Assembly: GCA_963744145.1 (NCBI GenBank)
Contig: CAVUSO010000001.1
Coordinates: forward strand, 5,120,001 to 5,184,000
Source of the DNA: an uncultured cyanobacterium
Lineage (GTDB): Bacteria > Cyanobacteriota > Cyanobacteriia > Cyanobacteriales > CAWUOF01
DNA length: 64,000 nucleotides
Direction of reading: 5' to 3'
Position numbers and translations under genes: made by a program. The first letter of the stretch is position 1. Each line of letters opens with the position of its first letter. The notes below the pieces were generated by a model, which saw only the letters and a list, made by a program, of their open reading frames with translations, had not been told where the DNA came from and made no database searches. Below, in pieces: positions 60,268 through 64,000 of the stretch.

Positions 60268-62508
60268 TTATTGCTCAATTTTCACTTGCTCTACCTTAGT
60301 AATATGTAACTCTTTTCGATCTCCGTTATCTTGAGGTTGAACATCAATAACTTGTAAGACTTTACCATTTAATTCAAACACAGGTGGAGCTTTAGGAATT
60401 TGATTAAGAATGGGCTGAGGTAACGTGACCAGATAGGTTTGACCTCCGGAAGCTTGTAAAGTTAAATTAATCACATCACCGATTGGTTGAACACCATTAA
60501 TTTTGCCAACAATTCCATCCGATTTAGTCAGAGTTTGAGTCTGATTACCACAGAATAAATTAACTGGATTTTGATTCAAATTAGTACAAGAGAGAATCTC
60601 ATCTACTCGATGAGTAATTTTAATAAACTCCGTATAATTATAAGCATCACCTTTAGCATAATTAGCTTGTTCTTGCAAGTTTGATGGAGCAGTTAATAAA
60701 GTTTCTTTGACTAAATTTTGTTCTTCTTTAGTGAGATTGGGAGACAAATATACCCCAGCTCCAGGAATGACCCTGCTGACACTAATCCGTCGGACTTTAG
60801 GATTATTTTTCACCACTGAATTAATTCCAGCTCCCACATCTACTTGACCTGATTCTACCTTATCAATGATTTTAGCCAGGGGATTACCTAAATCGAGATT
60901 AATAGTTTTACCATATAAATCATAAATAGGCTGATAAAAAGCAAACGCATCATTAAATTGTCCTAAAGCAATTTTTTGATTAGAAGTGATATCATTTAAT
61001 CCATGAATAGAACTATCAGCCCGAACGAAAAGAGCCGATTCGATCGCAGGAGTTGAGGGAAACATCCGGGCAGCAAATTCATAACCATTATCTTGAGCAG
61101 CAATAGAAAGCATGGGAGTGAGAGTAAAAGCGACATCCCATGTCTTATTAGCAATGTGACTTTTAGCTTCGGTTAAAGAATCTTTATTTTTAATTTCAAT
61201 TGCATCAACATCAGCTTTGATCTCAGCATTTAATTTTTTACTTAACTGACCTTTTAAGTAGTCAATCAGAGGAATATAGTTTTCTTTGGGAAATCTGGAG
61301 ATCATAATTACTCCGACAGTTAAAGGACGTTTAGTAATAGTTTTAATGGCTGAATCAACTAGGGGAGTGGGAGTCGGTTGAGAGCGATTTTGGTGCCAGA
61401 AAAATCCGAGCGCGATCGCACTAAATAAAGCAATTCCTAATCCACCAAATAAATACCAAGGTTTCCGAGGAGAAGGAGGAGGAGGAGGAGGAATAATACT
61501 TTGAATGGTTGGTGGTGGGATCAAGGGAGTAGATGCTAAAAACTGCTGCACATCTTGAGCAGATGGGAAACGTTGATCTAAGCGAACAGCTAACATCCGA
61601 TTTAAAGCTTGTGTTAACTGAGGACTAAGGGTTAATTCTCGCTCCCATAACCATTCTGCTGACATGGGATCACGCAGATTTTGGGGTTGTTTCCCAGTCA
61701 TTAAAAATAAAGCAGTAGCAGCTAAAGAATATAAATCACTGTGGGGAGCAACTACTCCTCTTGACATTTGCTCATCGGGAGCATAACCTGGTTTACCAAT
61801 TACGGTCGGACCACTCTGGGAAGCACTACTATTTTCTGCTGAAGCTAGTTGAGTTGCCACATTTAAAGCAACTTGTTTCACACCACCCAAATCAATTAAA
61901 ACCGGCATTTTGTCTATTTCACGCCGGATGATATTATCAGGAGAAATATCGCGGTGAATCACACCTTGACCGTGAAGATAGCTCAGAATTGGTAGAACTT
62001 GTCTAAAAAGTTCTAAAATTTCAGCTTCGCTAAAACGCTGTCCTTGTTGTAAACGTTGAGTTAATAGATTATAGTAGGTATGGCCTTCAATAAAATCCTG
62101 GACCAGATATAGCCCTTTACCATCGCGAAAAATTTCTCTAAACTTGGGGATTTGGGGATGTTGGAGCTGATAAAGCGTTTGAGCTTCTCTTTGAAATAGT
62201 TCTTCGCATTTTTTGAGTGCGAAAGTACCTTGAATACTAGGATTAAGTTCTTTAATGACGATCTTTTCATGAAATCGTCCGTTATCTTCTGCTAAGTAAG
62301 TTACCCCAAATCCTCCTCGAGCTAGTACCCGTAAAATTACATAGCGATCGCGCATTCTGGTCCCAACCGTTAACTCAGAGGGATGATTTTCTGGTGTTTG
62401 ACTAGCTGAACTAGGAGTAACTGGGGTTAAAGTTGTCCCACAATGAGAACAAAAAACCGCTCCGACCAGGTTTTGATTTCCACATTTAGCACAAGTAACC
62501 ATATTCAT
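60268..62508 (-). CDS. Membrane Ser/Thr kinase with extracytoplasmic PhnD-like (phosphate/phosphonate) substrate-binding domain
   Basis: Zinc ribbon; GGFGVTY, HRDISPDN, GYAPDEQ; Pro-rich linker; TM; then YIPLIDYL...SALFVRADS...IALG solute-binding fold. Confidence 0.85.
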   Translation of the reverse strand: MNMVTCAKCGNQNLVGAVFCSHCGTTLTPVTPSSASQTPENHPSELTVGTRMRDRYVILRVLARGGFGVTYLAEDNGRFHEKIVIKELNPSIQGTFALKKCEELFQREAQTLYQLQHPQIPKFREIFRDGKGLYLVQDFIEGHTYYNLLTQRLQQGQRFSEAEILELFRQVLPILSYLHGQGVIHRDISPDNIIRREIDKMPVLIDLGGVKQVALNVATQLASAENSSASQSGPTVIGKPGYAPDEQMSRGVVAPHSDLYSLAATALFLMTGKQPQNLRDPMSAEWLWERELTLSPQLTQALNRMLAVRLDQRFPSAQDVQQFLASTPLIPPPTIQSIIPPPPPPSPRKPWYLFGGLGIALFSAIALGFFWHQNRSQPTPTPLVDSAIKTITKRPLTVGVIMISRFPKENYIPLIDYLKGQLSKKLNAEIKADVDAIEIKNKDSLTEAKSHIANKTWDVAFTLTPMLSIAAQDNGYEFAARMFPSTPAIESALFVRADSSIHGLNDITSNQKIALGQFNDAFAFYQPIYDLYGKTINLDLGNPLAKIIDKVESGQVDVGAGINSVVKNNPKVRRISVSRVIPGAGVYLSPNLTKEEQNLVKETLLTAPSNLQEQANYAKGDAYNYTEFIKITHRVDEILSCTNLNQNPVNLFCGNQTQTLTKSDGIVGKINGVQPIGDVINLTLQASGGQTYLVTLPQPILNQIPKAPPVFELNGKVLQVIDVQPQDNGDRKELHITKVEQVKIEQ

Positions 62509-62632
62509 AGAGAGACTTAATATATTTAGGTTTGGCTCAAATATCAGGTTTATGGCTAGTTATGTCCATCATAGCAGTTAAAAAGGTAATTTCAGCTTGA
62601 TTGACTACTTCTGTTTTTTCTTTGGTAACTGC

Positions 62633-64000
62633 TTAGGATGAGGTGAGGGAAAATTGTTGGCTATAAAACTGGGCAACGCGATCGCCTGGATTTTGATATA
62701 AACAATCAGCAAATAATGCACCTGCTTCAGGTAATTTACCTGCTTGATAAAGTGATAAAGCTTCCATAAATATTGGTAGAGTTGCTAATTTGCCAGCTTG
62801 AATTTCTGGTAAATCTCCATCAAATACTTCATAAACCGTCACTAATTCTGATTTACCCTTAACTTGAACTGTATCAATAGGACGAATAGCATAATTAGAT
62901 GGATCGCTTAATCTGACATAAGTCTGTTGGGTGATTAACAGGGATACCCCGTAATTTTTCGTCAAAGTTTCTACCCGTGAAGCTAAATTCACCGCATCAC
63001 TAATGACTGTGGTATCCATCCGATTTTGTCCACCGACAGTACCTAACATTAATGAACCTGTATTGATCCCGATCCCAATCGCGATCGGCGGCTGATCAAA
63101 ATTAACTCGCTCTTGATTGTATCCTTGGAGTTGATGCAGCATAGCTAAACCAGCTTTAACTGCATGATCAGCCTCACCACTAAATAGCGCCATAATCGCA
63201 TCCCCAATGTATTTGTCAATAAAACCATTATTTTCAATAATTGCTGATTCCATCCGCGATAGATAAGCATTGATAAACTGAAAATTATCGGCTGGAGTCA
63301 TCTTTTCTGATAGGGTAGTAAAGCCGCGAATATCAGAAAATAACACTGACATTTCTAACTGGACTTGATCACCTAATTGCACATCAATAATACTTGATTT
63401 TTCTAAAAATTGGAGAAATTGACGAGGCACAAATCGTCCATAAGCTTGGTTAAGTTGAAAAAGCTGATGAGTAAATTTTTCCCGTTCAGCTTCAGCTTTT
63501 TTGCGCTCTGTGATATCTTGAAAGGCAATAATCCCATAAGTGATATTGCCTTTTTGATCATAAATAGGTTTTCCCCAAACTTCGATGGGAATAATCTGGT
63601 CAGGTTGATGAATCTCCATATCATCAACCGTAGAGCTTTCACCATTTAAAGCTCGTACTGCAGGCATTTTTTCGATTGGATAAGGCTCAGAAGTATCGGC
63701 TAGATAAGCTTGATAAATATCGGCTAATTTTTCTGGTGTAGCATTGGGCGTAATTCCTTGACCCAAAATTTGCTGGGCTTTCTGATTAACATAGTTAGGT
63801 TGACCGCTAGGTTCAACTATCATTATCCCTGCTGGAATTGCTTCTAAAAATTGAGTCAATCTGCTTTCATTTTCTCTTACCTCTGTATAGAGTTTAGCAT
63901 TTTGCAAAGAAATAGCCGCTTGTCCTGATAACAATTGTAACACCTCGATGCGCTCTGGGGTAAATGCTCCCGTGGTCAGATTATTTTCTAAATAAACAAT
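62633..64000 (-). CDS. Adenylate cyclase (class III) with GAF and PAS; 3' part of a larger gene continuing beyond the window
   Basis: FSDIRGFT, DKYIGDAIMA, MDTTVISDAVNLASR; frame open to the window end (VYLENNLTTGAFT). Confidence 0.92.
   Translation of the reverse strand: MVYLENNLTTGAFTPERIEVLQLLSGQAAISLQNAKLYTEVRENESRLTQFLEAIPAGIMIVEPSGQPNYVNQKAQQILGQGITPNATPEKLADIYQAYLADTSEPYPIEKMPAVRALNGESSTVDDMEIHQPDQIIPIEVWGKPIYDQKGNITYGIIAFQDITERKKAEAEREKFTHQLFQLNQAYGRFVPRQFLQFLEKSSIIDVQLGDQVQLEMSVLFSDIRGFTTLSEKMTPADNFQFINAYLSRMESAIIENNGFIDKYIGDAIMALFSGEADHAVKAGLAMLHQLQGYNQERVNFDQPPIAIGIGINTGSLMLGTVGGQNRMDTTVISDAVNLASRVETLTKNYGVSLLITQQTYVRLSDPSNYAIRPIDTVQVKGKSELVTVYEVFDGDLPEIQAGKLATLPIFMEALSLYQAGKLPEAGALFADCLYQNPGDRVAQFYSQQFSLTSS

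Noticed and set aside
2301..63649. Many 60-130 aa ORFs antisense to or overlapping confident genes
   Set aside because: No motifs, and fully explained as shadow frames of the called genes.
1..64000. High density of GCGATCGC
   Set aside because: This is HIP1, a normal feature of many cyanobacterial genomes; used only as a taxonomic cue.

Overview
Chromosomal window of a cyanobacterium: the HIP1 octamer GCGATCGC is very frequent, and psbD-psbC, ycf4, an Npun_F0813-like gene and a TIGR02652-like gene are present. The left arm (1-16.7 kb) holds c-di-GMP signalling genes (CheY-CheC-PAS/GAF/GGDEF operon; giant kinase-AAA-GAF-PAS-GGDEF), PSII core genes, ycf4-cyclophilin-FabF-like genes and a cNMP-sensing histidine kinase. 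The centre (16.7-47.2 kb) is accessory and has three parts. (i) A collapsed type I restriction locus with an intact ABC/AAA ATPase and an HNH nuclease gene split by an IS630. (ii) An NHLM-type peptide export cluster: two ABC subunits, HlyD, a tandem cNMP-domain protein and an embedded filamentous-haemagglutinin gene. It also carries a full-length LanM homologue whose kinase and Zn-cyclase catalytic residues are substituted, and an unannotated 45-aa double-glycine precursor with a 9-aa Cys-free core (RAAQSAKSL). (iii) An 8.9-kb toxin-antitoxin/STAND island bracketed by a 2.44-kb direct duplication of the peptidase-ABC gene. The right arm (47.4-64 kb) holds housekeeping and signalling genes plus tRNA-Arg(TCT). 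The best candidate for an undescribed system is the pseudo-LanM / Cys-free micropeptide export cluster. All calls come from reading motifs by eye; no database searches were run.
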